DNA of 59,775 nucleotides, filler included, from Bipalium vagum (Eukaryota): NCBI GenBank assembly GCA_037834085.1. It is 3 parts of 3 records of this genome, joined end to end, with 100 filler letters (N's around TTAATTAATTAA, not from the genome) between each part and the next. Parts side by side here need not be neighbours in the genome. Positions count along the whole stretch, not along the records: positions 17,602 to 40,584 come from JBBMKC010214918.1; 2 more parts are not named here. One strand, 5' to 3'. Shown piece by piece: positions 26,539 to 40,055 of this stretch (position 1 is its first letter; each line of letters starts with the position of its first letter). The notes under the pieces were generated by a model. It saw only the letters and a program-made list of their open reading frames with translations, ran no database searches and was not told where the DNA came from. The position numbers and the translations under genes were made by a program.

Positions 26539-26583
<45 letters not shown>
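26539..26583. repeat. (AAT)n microsatellite
   Basis: About 15 AAT units. Confidence 0.95.
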
Positions 26584-26586
<3 letters not shown>

Positions 26587-26963
26587 CTTTTAACATTTTA
26601 AAATTAATAAATCTAAAATTCATGTTTATAGTGATAGGGTGGTTATAACGAAATCGTATCTCATCACGAAAATACTTATTAAAAATAGAAATAAGAATTA
26701 TTACTGAATGTAATTATAAATACTATTTTTAAAAATTACACAAATTTTATATTTGACACTTAAGTGATGATTCATTTATTTGATTTAAAGTTTTGTTTAT
26801 TTGATGAAAAGATTTATTTGTCTGAAGTATCGTGTATTATAGTTTTTTCTAATATGAAGAGTAAATTGAGAAATGAAATAAAAATATGAAAATTAAAAAA
26901 ATGCAAATCAATGAAACCAAAAATTATTTTTTTTATTTATTCATTATCAAAACAAATATTGTT

Positions 26964-27949
26964 TCAGTACATTACAAAAACATCCAATGTCTTATGAATA
27001 TAAAAAATTTTATTATAATATCCGCTCCACTGACAATGACCTACAATATTAGTACTCGAACGGTAGTACTTTGGTGACTTCGACCTTACGACAACTATGA
27101 TTTTATTGGTGTCACATTTCACGTATTTTTTCACGTATTTGTTGAAGATTATGTCAGCAGGACCATAAGTTGAAAAAGACAATCTTTGCGGAATGGTGTC
27201 ACATAAATCTAAAAAATCTTGACTAGTGAAACTTTGCTGCAAAGGCTGGCTGGTCACAAGAATATTGTGCCCATTTTGTTGCATTTGGGAAGTTCCATTA
27301 CATACTTCAAAGTAATGATCTGTACTACTTTTCAGATCTTCGTAAACAAAAATTAGCCAGTTTCTATTTCTAAACTTATCACTTAAAAGATTAAATAATT
27401 TATCAGTATAATTTTTGTGTGAGAGTTTTCCATTTTCCTTGTTGAACTCCTTAACGTCAATCTAGAATATAAATATAAAATACGATCATTCTCTTACTTC
27501 AAAGAAATATTATTTATTATTATATAAATAATAATACATAAATAGAAAGAGATAATATTACAAAATAAGTAATAAAAAAGATTAAATTCAAATGGAAAAA
27601 ATAATATTTTAAGATTAAAAATAAAACAAAAGAAATATATATCCTGTGTATATATTAAAAATATTTAAATAAATAAATAAATTTTATTCTTATTTTTATA
27701 TAATTTTCAGAGAATATTATACAAAATTTACAGATGTTTTACATTTGAAAAATCATTTTTTAATAAAATTCTGTTTAAGCTATATTCTTAATATTTAATA
27801 GATATGGCAAATAAATTAATTATTATTTTTATTTAAATATTATTTATAAATATAATAATGATAGTAATTTAAGATTATAATTTTAAAATATATTTTAGAC
27901 AGAGAACAGTTATAAGTTTAATTATACGTAACTATTGCTATTTTAAAAC

Positions 27950-27983
<34 letters not shown>

Positions 27984-30029
27984 TTATTCGTATTATTCTT
28001 ATTTAAATAAATTTACTTAAATAAAGCAGAAAATATTATATTCCAGATCATCTTAATTTCAAAATTAATTAAATTTTTATTAATATTATCATATTATCTA
28101 GTCTCAAATTAAATCTTTCTATTTAAAAAACAATGGTTTTAATTAGCAATATTTTTAATATTTCACTAAAATAGAAAATAAATATCAATAATTAATAAAA
28201 CGAATTAATTATTTTCTCATTAATTCACTGAGAATAAGATTCTTTGGAAAAACTCCCTAGAAATAATTCTTTACCAGAAAATGTTTTAATTATTTTTATT
28301 AAAAATGAAATTCGATAAATCTTTACCAAACTAACCTGATACTGCACTGACCATTCTTCTTCTATATTTAATAATGTTTTCTTCATTAACACTATTAATT
28401 TATCAAGTTTGTCCTCCCATTGTCTTACCCAGGCTTTCTCTAAGTTCCCAAAATTCTTAAGATTCATGTAGAAGCTTTCTACTTCGAGACATTTAATAAT
28501 CATTTGAAGACCTCCAACAAGAAACTTTTCAATTTTGGGTCCATAATTTTTTGTGTATAACCTAATAGCTAATGAAAAAATTATAAATATGTATATTCAA
28601 TAAAATATTAATATAAATAAATATTAAATATTGAAGTAATAAATAAATAAAATATCTACATTATTAAATCGGTAATACTACATAATAAACTGTTTCGATT
28701 TCACCAAAAAATTGTAATTTTATAAAATTTAAAAATAATTATTTTTCATTTATTTAATCATTATACAAACACATATTGTTACGTGAACGCAATCCACGTA
28801 CAATATAAATTGCTCTCTTTCCACATAATGATATTCTTTTTCTTGACCTCATCAACGAAGAACAATTTGGATTCATCATATAAAAGAAAATATGTATTTG
28901 AAATGAGATTACAAAAATTGAAATTGAATTACAAAAATCTGAAATGAGGTTATAAACCCTGTAATATTCAGTCTTATATTTAAATTTCATTTCCTAATTT
29001 ATCCCATTGCATTAATTATTAAAAAACCGAAAAAGATTAATCATGTACAAAAGTAATAAATATTAATAAATAATTAATTAAATTAAACAATAACATACCA
29101 ACAATGAGATTGTTGTTGAACAATTTTTGCTGGTTGAAAAATGCCAAAAAGATCTCTTCCGCAGCATTTTTGTACATCTGGTCAAAAGATAAATGAAATA
29201 AATCGATTGCCACAAATTTTATTGACGGGGGGTAATCAATGATATCCGATATTTGACGCCGGAGTGCATTTATATTAGCTTCATATTTTTTGTACGGAAA
29301 CTGAATGAGAAAAATCAAAATGTAAAAAAGTCTTAAAAAATAAATGTATTCTTGTTTCATTAAAATATAACCAAATTTTGTTTTAATAAAACAATTAATT
29401 ATTTCTCAAAAAAAATTTTAAATAAAATTATTCTTTTAGGATCTTTTAAATCTGTTAATAATTTTTATTTAATTTTCCAAACCATTCATTCGGAAAAGTT
29501 TAAATAGAATCAAATGGAAAAACGTTTTAAAATATTTTTTGTTTTAATTTAATTTGATTTATTAATTTATTTAATAAATAAAATTTATGTTATACTTTAA
29601 CTAGAAATATTCTCCGAATAAAAATCCATTTTTTCCAAACATATTTTACCAAAATTATTAAAATAAATATAAAAATATAACTACTTTAACGACATCCCAG
29701 TCTATTAACTCTTCCACTTCTTCAATTTGATTAATCTTCGTATTCATTTTGTCTTTTAATATCTGAAATTTTTCTTTGATGAAATCAAGTTCCTTTCTAT
29801 TTTCTTCGGTTTCATTTCTCAATGCTTGAACGAATGTTCTTATGGACTCCAGTAAAGGTTTAATCAACATGGCAACATTTTCCCCTGTCCTAAGTAAACT
29901 GATTTCCTGGTCGGGATCGAATATTGTAGAAGCTTTTTCAAAACTTTCTGCCGATATATTATAATCAGTTTCGCAATAAATAAAATTAAATATCGTTCCT
30001 GTTAAAAATATTAATAATATTTTTATCAT
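26964..30029 (-). CDS. Rapunzel-like secreted protein, paralog C (4 exons, 425 aa)
   Basis: Exons 30029-29685 (345 nt), 29300-29099 (202), 28568-28336 (233), 27461-26964 (498). GT-AG, same phases as B, open frame. Signal peptide MIKILLIFLTGTIFNFIYC. Confidence 0.92.
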
Positions 30030-30523
30030 TTTCGAATAGAACTTTATTACAATTTCAATAATTTATATAACATCCCGTATCTTTTATTTATTTTTAATTG
30101 TTTTGAGAATCGAAGTAATCTAATTCAAAGACTAGCGGATATATTATATCTTTATACCAACCGCTTTCTTTAATTAATCAAATTATGCGCAATATTTTTT
30201 TATTTGATATATTTTTCATAATATTATTTCAATAAAAAAATTGAGCAGCGCAAATATATTTTTTTAATTTTTCGTTAAAACTGTGTGTTTTAATTTATAA
30301 AGTTGAATTAATTTACAATTTTTATTTTTTCGTTTCATCACTTTAGATTATGTTATATGAGAGTTTTTATATTGTTTTTTATTATATAAGAATTTTTTAT
30401 TTCTTAATTCTAAGAGAATAAACATGATTTTATAAATAATTAAATTAATTAATTAATAATTCCGAGACGGTCTTAAATAATTTTTTGTAAAATTCATTGA
30501 TTAAATTCAAAAATAAACCAATA

Positions 30524-31472
30524 CCGTGTTTCTCCAAATATAAGACACTATCTTATATTAACCAGGTCGACGGAAAACCTAATAGACCTTATGCTGGTAT
30601 ATTTTTAAAATGACATAATAAAACTAAAGTTTTAATAAAAAAATCCCAAAACTTTTTTATTTGTCAATGTAGATTTCATTCTCTTTCATTACATTTTCCT
30701 CATTTTTCAGATCTAATGATTCTTGACAGTCCTGTTAAATACATATACTTTATCATCTAACCTCATATTTAACAATAAAGATTTCTAGATCTTAAAATTA
30801 TTAGGCTTTATATACAAGGGAATATCTTATATTAAAAGAATTCAAAAAAATGGACCTGTGATGTGCAAAAGTTAGGGTTTCGAATATCTGTCATACACTC
30901 TGGATTGAAAACCATAGATCGGCGAATTACACGATCATCATAGGATGTCATCTTCGGCCTACCACTTCTTTCTGAGTCATGATAGCTGCCCATTTCATTA
31001 TTGCTACGTTGTCCATTTTGCACTGCACATCTTGCGAAATATAATCTTCTTGAAATGTACCTTTGAATATACCATTCTCGGGCTAAGCATAGCTTTCGTA
31101 GGTTGAACCGCATTGAACTAAAGTGTGTTCTTCGCTGGTCAGAGAATTCTGAAAACTCAATCACTTTTCAATAATAAAATTTTTATCGATTATGTTATTA
31201 TGTGATCTGATTGTGTGGGTCAACGAAGGATTTTCCCCAGAAGTTTCTAGTAGTTTTTTAAATGTCAGAAATACCAAACTGAAATTTTAGATATGTTATT
31301 AATAAGTTATGTTTGATTAATAAATTAATCAATTAGTTTACTTAAACAAATCGTATAAATTTGTAACTGTTCCCAAATGATGATTTCTAATTTATGATGA
31401 TAATTTTAAGGTGCTTTAAACATTTGCACATCACTGTAGATCGGGGCATGGCTTATAGTCGGAGAAACACGA
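30524..31472. mobile_element. pogo/Tc2-type non-autonomous element containing a nested Tc1 remnant
   Basis: TA-flanked TIRs CCGTGTTTCTCCAAATATAAGAC and TCGTGTTTCTCCGACTATAAGCC (reverse complement). Confidence 0.75.
30856..31436 (-). mobile_element. Internally deleted Tc1-like element
   Basis: TIR CAGTGATGTGCAAATGTT (reverse complement from 31436, TA-flanked) vs CTGTGATGTGCAAAAGTT at 30856; GSYHDSERSGRPKMTSYDDRVIRR (GRPR motif). Confidence 0.7.
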
Positions 31473-31479
31473 TATATAA

Positions 31480-32050
31480 TTTATGTCTAAGAACCAAATA
31501 GGAAAATTTTCTTTTTCAAAATTCATTTGTTGTAATAAACTTAAACTTTGTGTATTATATTTTTCTTATAATTTTGTATCAGACATTTAATTCTTTTATT
31601 CTGAAATATCCATATCTTTTGGGTATTTTAAGAATACGTGATTCTATAGTAGCAAAAGAATCAAGAGGTCTACCTTCACATGAAAACGCTAGAGTGCTCA
31701 TCTAACATTGAAAAAAATCGCTGAAAAATTCTTCTTGACAGTTTCGAATTCTGAATTTTATTGCTCGAATTTGAATCATAATGATATCCTTTTGTTTAAT
31801 CTTTTGAATAAACATTGGCGAATAAAGAAAATAAAGTCCAAAGAAGATCTGTTAAAACTAATACAAGATTTTTCAAATGGAAAAGAAGCATCTTTCTTCC
31901 AAAAGTCTCTTAATTACTAAATCGATAGAAGAAATGCTTGGAAGCAGAAATTGGTTTCATAGAAAAATGATTGTGTGTTTATTTATATAGTTGATTTGTT
32001 GTAAATAAAAAGTTTCACATTAGTATCATTCATATTTCTTTACGAGTCTA
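31480..32050 (+). mobile_element. Very degenerate mariner
   Basis: YCSNLNHNDILLFNLLNKHWRIKKIKSKEDL...DFSNGKEASFF resembles the mariner C-terminus YSPDLAPSDYHLF...FFASK. Confidence 0.55.
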
Positions 32051-32859
32051 ATAACTTTCTATCGACACCATGAACATATTATTACTTTGTAGGCGGATAA
32101 TGAGTATTGACCATCGCAACAAAATTATATATGAATCAGGTCCATGAGGATGTTGTTAATATAAATATTAACAAGGTAGAATACTAGTTTAACAAGTTTA
32201 TTCAAAATATTCTTATTAATCCTCATTGACTAGTTTAAAAAATTATTAATACCTGGAGTTTTTATCGAATTTTTCATTTTAAAAAATAAAAGAACGCAAG
32301 TCTCTGATCAGATCTCATAAAATTAGAATTTAAGAAAATTTTAATTGGAACTCGCCGATTTAATTCCATTTTATTATTAATTAGAATATTTAAAAAGTAA
32401 TTTCTGGTTAAAATAATAACCACAGTTCTTATTTCTAATTAAATAGATAACAAAATCACTTTTGTTTTTCCTATTATATACTTTTTCATCAATATTAAAT
32501 AGGATATAAATTTATTAGTACACAGAGTATCAATAAAGTAGCATAACTTAAATAAGAATAACAGAAGAACCCATCATTATATCTTATCAATGTAATTTAT
32601 AATTTTTATATTTAAAAAAACATTTATTCATTTTCAAATGTACTCCTTTATGAAGGGGATAAGCAGAATCTGATTCTATTGCTACAACCAAGACAAATTG
32701 AAGTATACTAAAATACAACATATAAACAAATATTAACTGAACTAATTAACAACTTAGGAAATTGTTGTTAATAATGGTCACCATTAATTATTTGACCACG
32801 TCAAGTATTATTAGTTCTTACTCATACTCTTACTTACTCTTACTCTCTTACTCTTACTT

Positions 32860-33110
32860 ATACCGTTCTTATCTCACCATACGCACAGTAATGCCTTCTT
32901 CCGATGAATATTGTGTTTTGCGATCGATAATGACGATTGAGCTGGGTCACAATAAAAATCTTTTTTACGCTTTGGATTACCGAAATATATTATATTTCGT
33001 CCAACGATAAGATGCAAAACGATTTTCTTCTGTGCCTTTCCATTAAGATTTAAATCTTTGTCGCTTTTGTTGTTCCTTAAATGTATATAATTTCCATTTT
33101 CTTTTGATGA
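32860..33110 (-). mobile_element. Mos1-like mariner internal fragment
   Basis: Minus-strand remnants ERHRRKSF, NPKRKK, AKHNIHRKKALLCVW*DKNGI. Confidence 0.7.
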
Positions 33111-33785
33111 AACAGAAAAATTAAAATGTGCCTCAAATGATATTTATTTTTCTTGAAATAAAGATTTGCTTATTGATAAAAAATAATTTTACAATCACTT
33201 TTATGATGTCGAGCATATTTTAAATTAAAGCGCGTGAAAAATAATATTATCTTAACAAAAATATAAGATTATTAAAACAAATTATTTGAATAAATGGAAA
33301 TATCTTAATAAAATCGTCATTTTCAACTTTTAATCATTTTAGAAATTTTTTGCTAAATTTTCCAGTTTAATTTAAATTATCTTTTAAATCGAATTAAATG
33401 TTTTTGTTTTCTTATCAAAGATTAAAGTTTTTCTAATATTCTCGTTGATATTTCAAATGTCACTAATGAATTACATATTTGTTAAACTCATAATTGTCTA
33501 TGTTATCCATATATTGCATTTTACTTATCTTTTTAATTACCCTGAGAATAAAAATAATTTCAAACACCGGCAGTACTCCTTTGTATTATTCTCACCAGCA
33601 GACTTCATTCTTTAAATAACAGAAATACTTTTTATTAGAATTTTGCACAGAAAAATTTAATTTCAGTTGTATTCTGGAACAATTAATTTGAAGTTTGCTA
33701 GTTGTTAGCGTCTGGTAATACCTCAACCTACACTAACCATACCATAATTATGGTTATATTAATTGGCTAAGAATAGCAACACATG

Positions 33786-34650
33786 TACAGTAGTGTAAGA
33801 ACAAATATTTTAATATTTGAAATATAATTCAACATAAAACATTTAAGATTTTGCTTGAGCCAATCACTCTATTATTGTTTAGCACATGTTTGAATTTCAT
33901 TTGTCATTTATTATTAACTGAGTATTGCGCAGTCATCAAATTTTTTGTTCTTGAAAGATTAACTGTATTGGAAATTCACAGTAAAATCGTTAAAGTATTA
34001 GATAGATCTGCATCTTGATTTTCTACTGTCCATAGATGGGAAAATTTGAATTGCAAATGTATTCAAACAAGCATCGGAGATGATACACATTGTGAACGAC
34101 CTAAAAGTGCTTCAACACAGAAATAATAGGACAAATTCATAAAATCGTACTTAAATTTTAATTATGAATACTGTTCGTCAAATTACTGAAATTTAAAAAG
34201 AGAACAATAGACAGAGAAGATGACGGGAACAGTTTTATGGAATGCCAAAGGCTTTCTATTGATAGATTACTTTGAAAAGGAAAAACGATTAATATTAATT
34301 CCGAATACTATACAAAACTAATAGACCAATTTGATTTAATGATTTGCAAAATTAGGCCTAATATACAAAAAATCATTGTTAATTAAGATAATACACTAAG
34401 TGCCTTTTCAATGACAAAAGGAAAACAATTAAATTATTATTTGCTTGAATAACTACTTTAAAAAGATAGAAATCACTTGGAACCAAATCTGGCAAATAAA
34501 AACAAAAAATATTCTTCATCAAATGAAGAACATATGGCAGCCGTAGACCAGTATTTTGCAAACCTTCTGGAATTGCACTTCTAACACTGCATAGAATTAT
34601 TGGAGTAAAATGATCTAAGTGTGTTGAATACTTTTCACAACTTTACTTTC
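33786..34650 (+). mobile_element. Degenerate irritans-like mariner
   Basis: YCAVIKFFV...LEIHSK, TVLWNAKGFLLIDYFEKEK, NSEYYTKLIDQF remnants; a short minus-strand YLPDLVPSDFYLF piece at ~34460-34500. Confidence 0.65.
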
Positions 34651-34801
34651 TAGATATAACATTATGAGAAATTTCCTCAAATTCTTACATGTGAATTAGA
34701 AGCAGAAAATATATTTATTTTATTAAAGCATATTAAAAATAATAAAATTTTAAATCCAAACAACATGTAATATATTTTTCCTTTAAAATCGGTTATATTT
34801 T

Positions 34802-37800
34802 TTAACCCAATACAATTATATCAAGAGTTTTGTGGATCACAAAGAACTTATTATAATATCCACTCCATTGACATGAAGCCCTTCGGCTATCAGGGGCCAT
34901 GACAATCTTTGTGGACTTTGATCGAATGACCACCCCAATTTGATCGGTTTCACATTTCATTACTCTTCCTAAATATCTCGACATGATAATACCTGCTGGA
35001 CCAGTGGTTGAAAACTGAAAATTGCTTGGTATTTGTGTACATAATAGTGAAAATGCATCTCTATTAAAATATTTTGGAGATAACGGCAAATTGCTGACAA
35101 TAACGTTGTGTCCTCTTTGCTGCATCTGCACTATTCCATTGCAGGCCTTGTACGCATGGTCATTGTCATTGTCCAAGGGGTCATATACAACAATGAGCCA
35201 TATTCGGTTTCTGAATTTATCAGTCAAAAACTTGTACAGTTTTTCAGCATAATCTTTGTGCGATAGCTGACCGTTTTCCACATTGAATTCTTGTATATCT
35301 ATCTGGAATATGATTTGTTTAATTTATTTTTGAACAATAATTATTTTAAAATATTGATGTCAGTTAATATTTGATAATAAATCTGATTGGAGAATATTAA
35401 TTATTAAATTTAATAAAATAATTTTCTTAAAAATATATGCATTAAAAATGGAGAAAATTAAGTAAAAATGTTAACTAATTATATTGATAAATAATACTTT
35501 GTTGTTTGATTGTGTAATTATATTTTACAATTAATTATTGGATATTTCAGAATAATAATTAGATAAATTGATTAATTAAAAGATAAAATTTAAAAAAAGT
35601 AAGTCAAAGCTCAATTTTAGTTTTTAAAAAATTTTTATAAAAAAATAAGTAGAAAAATAAATAAATATTTATATAAACAGAATTTTATAAAATATTTTGG
35701 AATTCAAACTTTTAGCAACTAAATAGGGCCAATGATATTTTTTCGAGAAATAAATCATTAATAAGACTTTTTTAAATAAAAATAATCTTGTAGAAATATT
35801 TTTAAACAACTCGATGTTTTTTAATCCTAAAAATATCTTAATTTGAACAATTATCATTTTATAAAAAATAAAAAGCTCCTTAATTTCTCTTACTTTAGAT
35901 TGGTCATTCCAAGTTTCTGTTATTTGCTCCGCCACATTTTGCATCAGTTCTGTCAAAGTGTTCATCCGTTCCTCCCATTGCTCTTGCCAATATTCTTGGA
36001 CGCTGGTGTAATTCTTTAAATTCAAGTAAAAAGACTCGACTTCAAGACATTTATAAATGAGTTGAATATTTCCCATAAAAAACTTCTCCATTTGGTAACG
36101 GTGATTCTTTGTGTATTTTCTTATTGCTACAATAACCAATAATATTAATAAATAATATTGTATAATAAAATTCTTTTTTAAAGTATCATCATAGAAAAGG
36201 CAAAAAATTTTGCATATTTGGATTTTGAAAATTACCAAGCTTAACATTTCTGATTATGATCACACTTATGATAATATGATTATAATTTATGATAATTATC
36301 ATGGCATTTTTATTAAATATATAATTTTTCTTAACATGATTTTACTTTTCCTTGGTTTAGTTGTTTTAATAAAACAATCAAAGACGATAAACTAATAATC
36401 ATACTTAATATTTATATTAGGTTTTCACATATGAAATGTCCGAATTTGGAAATCTTTTTTAAACTTATATAGCACTTTTCAAATTTATTGCATTTTGATT
36501 TATATTTTGTAAAAATAATTGTCTTAAATTTAAATAATTAATCTACTTTTCTGAAACAATGAAAAATAAAGTTAAAAAATAGCCTACAAGATATTAAATT
36601 TTATTTAACAAATCTTTGATAAATGATGCAAAAGTTTTGGTCAAATTAATTGAAAAACATGTTTTACTGAAATGAACATTTTTGAAGAAACACCAATACA
36701 TATATATTTAATTGTTCCCTTGATTCAATATTACATTAAGAAAGTTGTCATTTTATCTTGTCATTTAATTCTAAAATCATGTCAAATTTAGTTTTATTTA
36801 CAATTTCAACACATTTGTGAATTTCAACTCAAAAATTATTTTTTCTTAACAAAGTCTTCCGTTTCATATACTAAATCTTTCAAAGACTTGAATATATTTA
36901 CTATTAAGGACATGTCCGTACTAAGAGGTGGCAAACTTAATACTTCTATGTTACTACCCTTTAAAATTTTGTTGTTACTTTCGACTTGTGGGGACTTGCA
37001 TTATTTTGCTGCAGAATAAACTTGTTTTTGCATTTGGCTCTAACCTTAGGAATAAGTATATCTCGAATAATATCTATTTATTTTAATGAATTTAATCATT
37101 GTGACAATAATACCATCTATCGATAAATCCATATAGTATATAATGGAACTCCTTTTTGTTGACGTAAATCACGAATGTTTGCATTATCTTCATGCAGTTC
37201 CCAAGATAGACAATTTTCAGGGTCATCTTAAGAAAATATTATTTCGTCTGTAAATATAGCTATTTCGAAGTAGACTTTATCTCCAAACCGATATTTTATT
37301 AAATTAATCAGATTGAGCTTCTGAAATTCTGTTAATTTTATTTTTCTTTCCGTGGTTCGTAAAACGAAGTCCTTGTCATTTTTTAGGCATCTTTGAATAG
37401 TAAGTAAAAAAGAGGCAACTTTTTCAATTTTTTAATGATCTTCTTACTTGATGAATAAATTGTCTATTGCCAGAAATGGTTATTTTTACCCCTCTTGCTC
37501 AGTTTTTTTATCACTTTTATAGTGTAAATTTTTGTATGTGATACTTGAAACATTTTAGATATTTGACAAATACTTGAACCTACATTCAATTTACTTCAAT
37601 TAAATTTCTGATTTCAATAAAAATTTTCTTTTCATATTTCAGGTCTAAATAAAATTTATAAACATAAAAAAATTCATAAAAAATAAGTAATATTAATAAA
37701 AATTTTATATTTAATTTTGTCTAATAAATTTGACTTAAAATAATTCAAATATTATGTTGTTTACTTAATAAATATATTATATAAACAAGACATTAATTTT

Positions 37801-40014
37801 ATAAGAATTATACAAAATCTTATCAGTATGTTCATAATGTTTTTATAAATCAAGCTGCAATAGCACTAGGTATAAAATACCCTGTTTTGCTATTTAAAAT
37901 GTCGTGTTCAATAAATTTGAAAAAAACTATATAAGTCAAATAATAATTATCATCATAATAGTTTTTTATTTAAAAATAAAATGCGAACATTTCAATATAG
38001 CTATTGATATCTAGTCAAAATATTTACTTGGTGATTTTTAATATAAAATAATTATGATAATAATGATTATATTAAACATTATTAGTAATATATCATATAA
38101 GTTTGTATTTTATCTTATAAATTTTATTATATATTTAATTTAGAGATACCTATAACAAATCAGGGTGAAATTTTAGAAAAACATTTAAAATATTACTTCT
38201 TTAAAATAAATTTAATTAGAAAGTGTACTCAAACTTAAATTCTCTCAAGAATATTCTCAACAAGAGTACCTCTCTCAACATTCAATTGTTTTAATGTATA
38301 AAAATTTTAATCACACTTTAATTTGATGAAAAAACCATTGATTCTATTCTGTAATAAATGATAAATATATTTAATTTTTGAAATTCTGTATCGGATTTTG
38401 ATTAGTTTACTTTGAGATAGCGTTCGAATTAAACATTAGTATTGTTTTAATAAGTATATTATGTGTAGCAACAGAGTGAGAGTGTTTTGGTCATTAATTA
38501 TTGTTAATATTAAATTTAATATCAGAGCTTATTACCTAAAATAAGATTTTCTGAAAAAATCTTTTTCTGATTAGTAAATCCTTGGTAAATTTTTTCACCT
38601 GCATTGTCATATACTTGATCATAAAATAAGAGGAACTTGTCTATTGCTATAGATCTTGATTGTGGGGAGCTGTCAATAATTATCAAGATCAGGTTTTGGA
38701 GCATATCTGTGTTCAGTTCAAATTTACTAAATTGAATCTATGATATAATGTTAAAATCAATAATTATAAAAAAATGTAACGAAAATTAAATTCGTTGAGT
38801 GATAACAAAAAATATTAAAATATAGACGTATAATTATATAAACTCTCATTTATTATTTTTTAATTTATTTTAATTTTAATAAAATGATAAAAAATCACCT
38901 TATGAAAATTCATATTTATCGGGATCAATTGAAAATAATATATTATTTAAATTTATAATAATAATTATAATAATTATAATTTTTTCTTATTATGTAATTA
39001 CTTTATAATTAAATGAACTATAGTTACATTATCAATTTAGGCTCAAGTGAACACAATTTAATATTTTGTTTTTATGAAACAAAGTTTTATAAATGAAATT
39101 ATAAATGTAAATCATACTTTTTAATGAGATAAAGTATATTTCAAAAATTAAAAGATCGTGAAAATGTGCGACTTTTTATTGTGAAAATTATATTAGAATT
39201 TATTATTGCAATATTATAAAAATACAATGAAATCTTAATCTCCATGTTATCATAATAAAAACAACTGTTTTGTTTATATGACCTACAAAAACAGCGTGTC
39301 AATTAAATCTGTTAAGATCCTCAAAAAGAATGGAAAAAATTTTTGTTTTTTTTGCTGAATTAATGTGATTGATTGAATGTTAAATTAAACTTTGTTTCGA
39401 TTAAAAAAAAGTTCAAAATAAAATGAAACCTGACAATGTTGCGCACACTGGGACCGAAAATTTTCCCCAGAATATAGAGGTGCCAAAATTAACAGGTTTC
39501 ACTGTATTTTAAAAGATGATTTTGATTATTTATTTACAAAACTTTATTTTAAATAGAAAATAAAAAGTAAAAATAAAATAAAATTTACAAAAATTAAGAT
39601 TATCACACTTGATATGAATTTTAAAATAAAAATTCTCAATACTTTAATGATATTCCAATCCATTAGTCTCTTTATATCTTCAAAACTCTGATCCACATAA
39701 TCCATTTTCTCGTTAATTATTTTAAATTGCTCCTTCATATATTTCAGTTCTTTTGATTCCGTTTGTATTTGTGCGGCAATGATTTTGGCAAATTTGCCAA
39801 CAGCTTTCAGTAAAGGAACTCCCCATTTAGATACCTCTTTTGCAGTGGAGATCATATCACTTTTCGCAATGGAATCAAATATTCCTTTTGCATTTTTTAA
39901 ATATGAAGTTTTTTCAATTATGTCTGCTGTGGAGTCAATTTCAGATTCTGCTTTGACAGAACCAAGTAGGAAAACTGACGAAAATACAATTAATATTAAT
40001 AATGACTTAATCAT
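34802..40014 (-). CDS. Rapunzel-like secreted protein, paralog D (4 exons, 435 aa)
   Basis: Exons 40014-39643 (372 nt), 38737-38536 (202), 36126-35894 (233), 35302-34802 (501). GT-AG, same phases, open frame. Signal peptide MIKSLLILIVFSSVFLLGSVKA. Confidence 0.92.
36700..37650 (-). mobile_element. Degenerate Tc1-like remnant in intron 2 of paralog D
   Basis: Minus-strand AIFTDEIIFS*DDP at ~37220-37262 (cf. VIFSDEKKFNLDGPD). Confidence 0.55.
39421..39504. mobile_element. 84-bp Tigger/pogo-type MITE in intron 1 of paralog D
   Basis: TA-flanked; ends AAATGAAACCTGACAA and CAGTGAAACCTGTTAA (reverse complement). Confidence 0.65.
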
Positions 40015-40055
40015 TGTGGATTATAAAAATATAAAAGGATCCAAAGGTCCCAACG

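Noticed and set aside
32815-32875. TACTCT-like short repeats giving SYSYS
   Set aside because: Simple low-complexity repeat, not CRISPR-like and not coding.
35669-36247. 192-aa ORF as a standalone gene
   Set aside because: Only 36126-35894 is exon; the flanks are AT-rich intron read-through.
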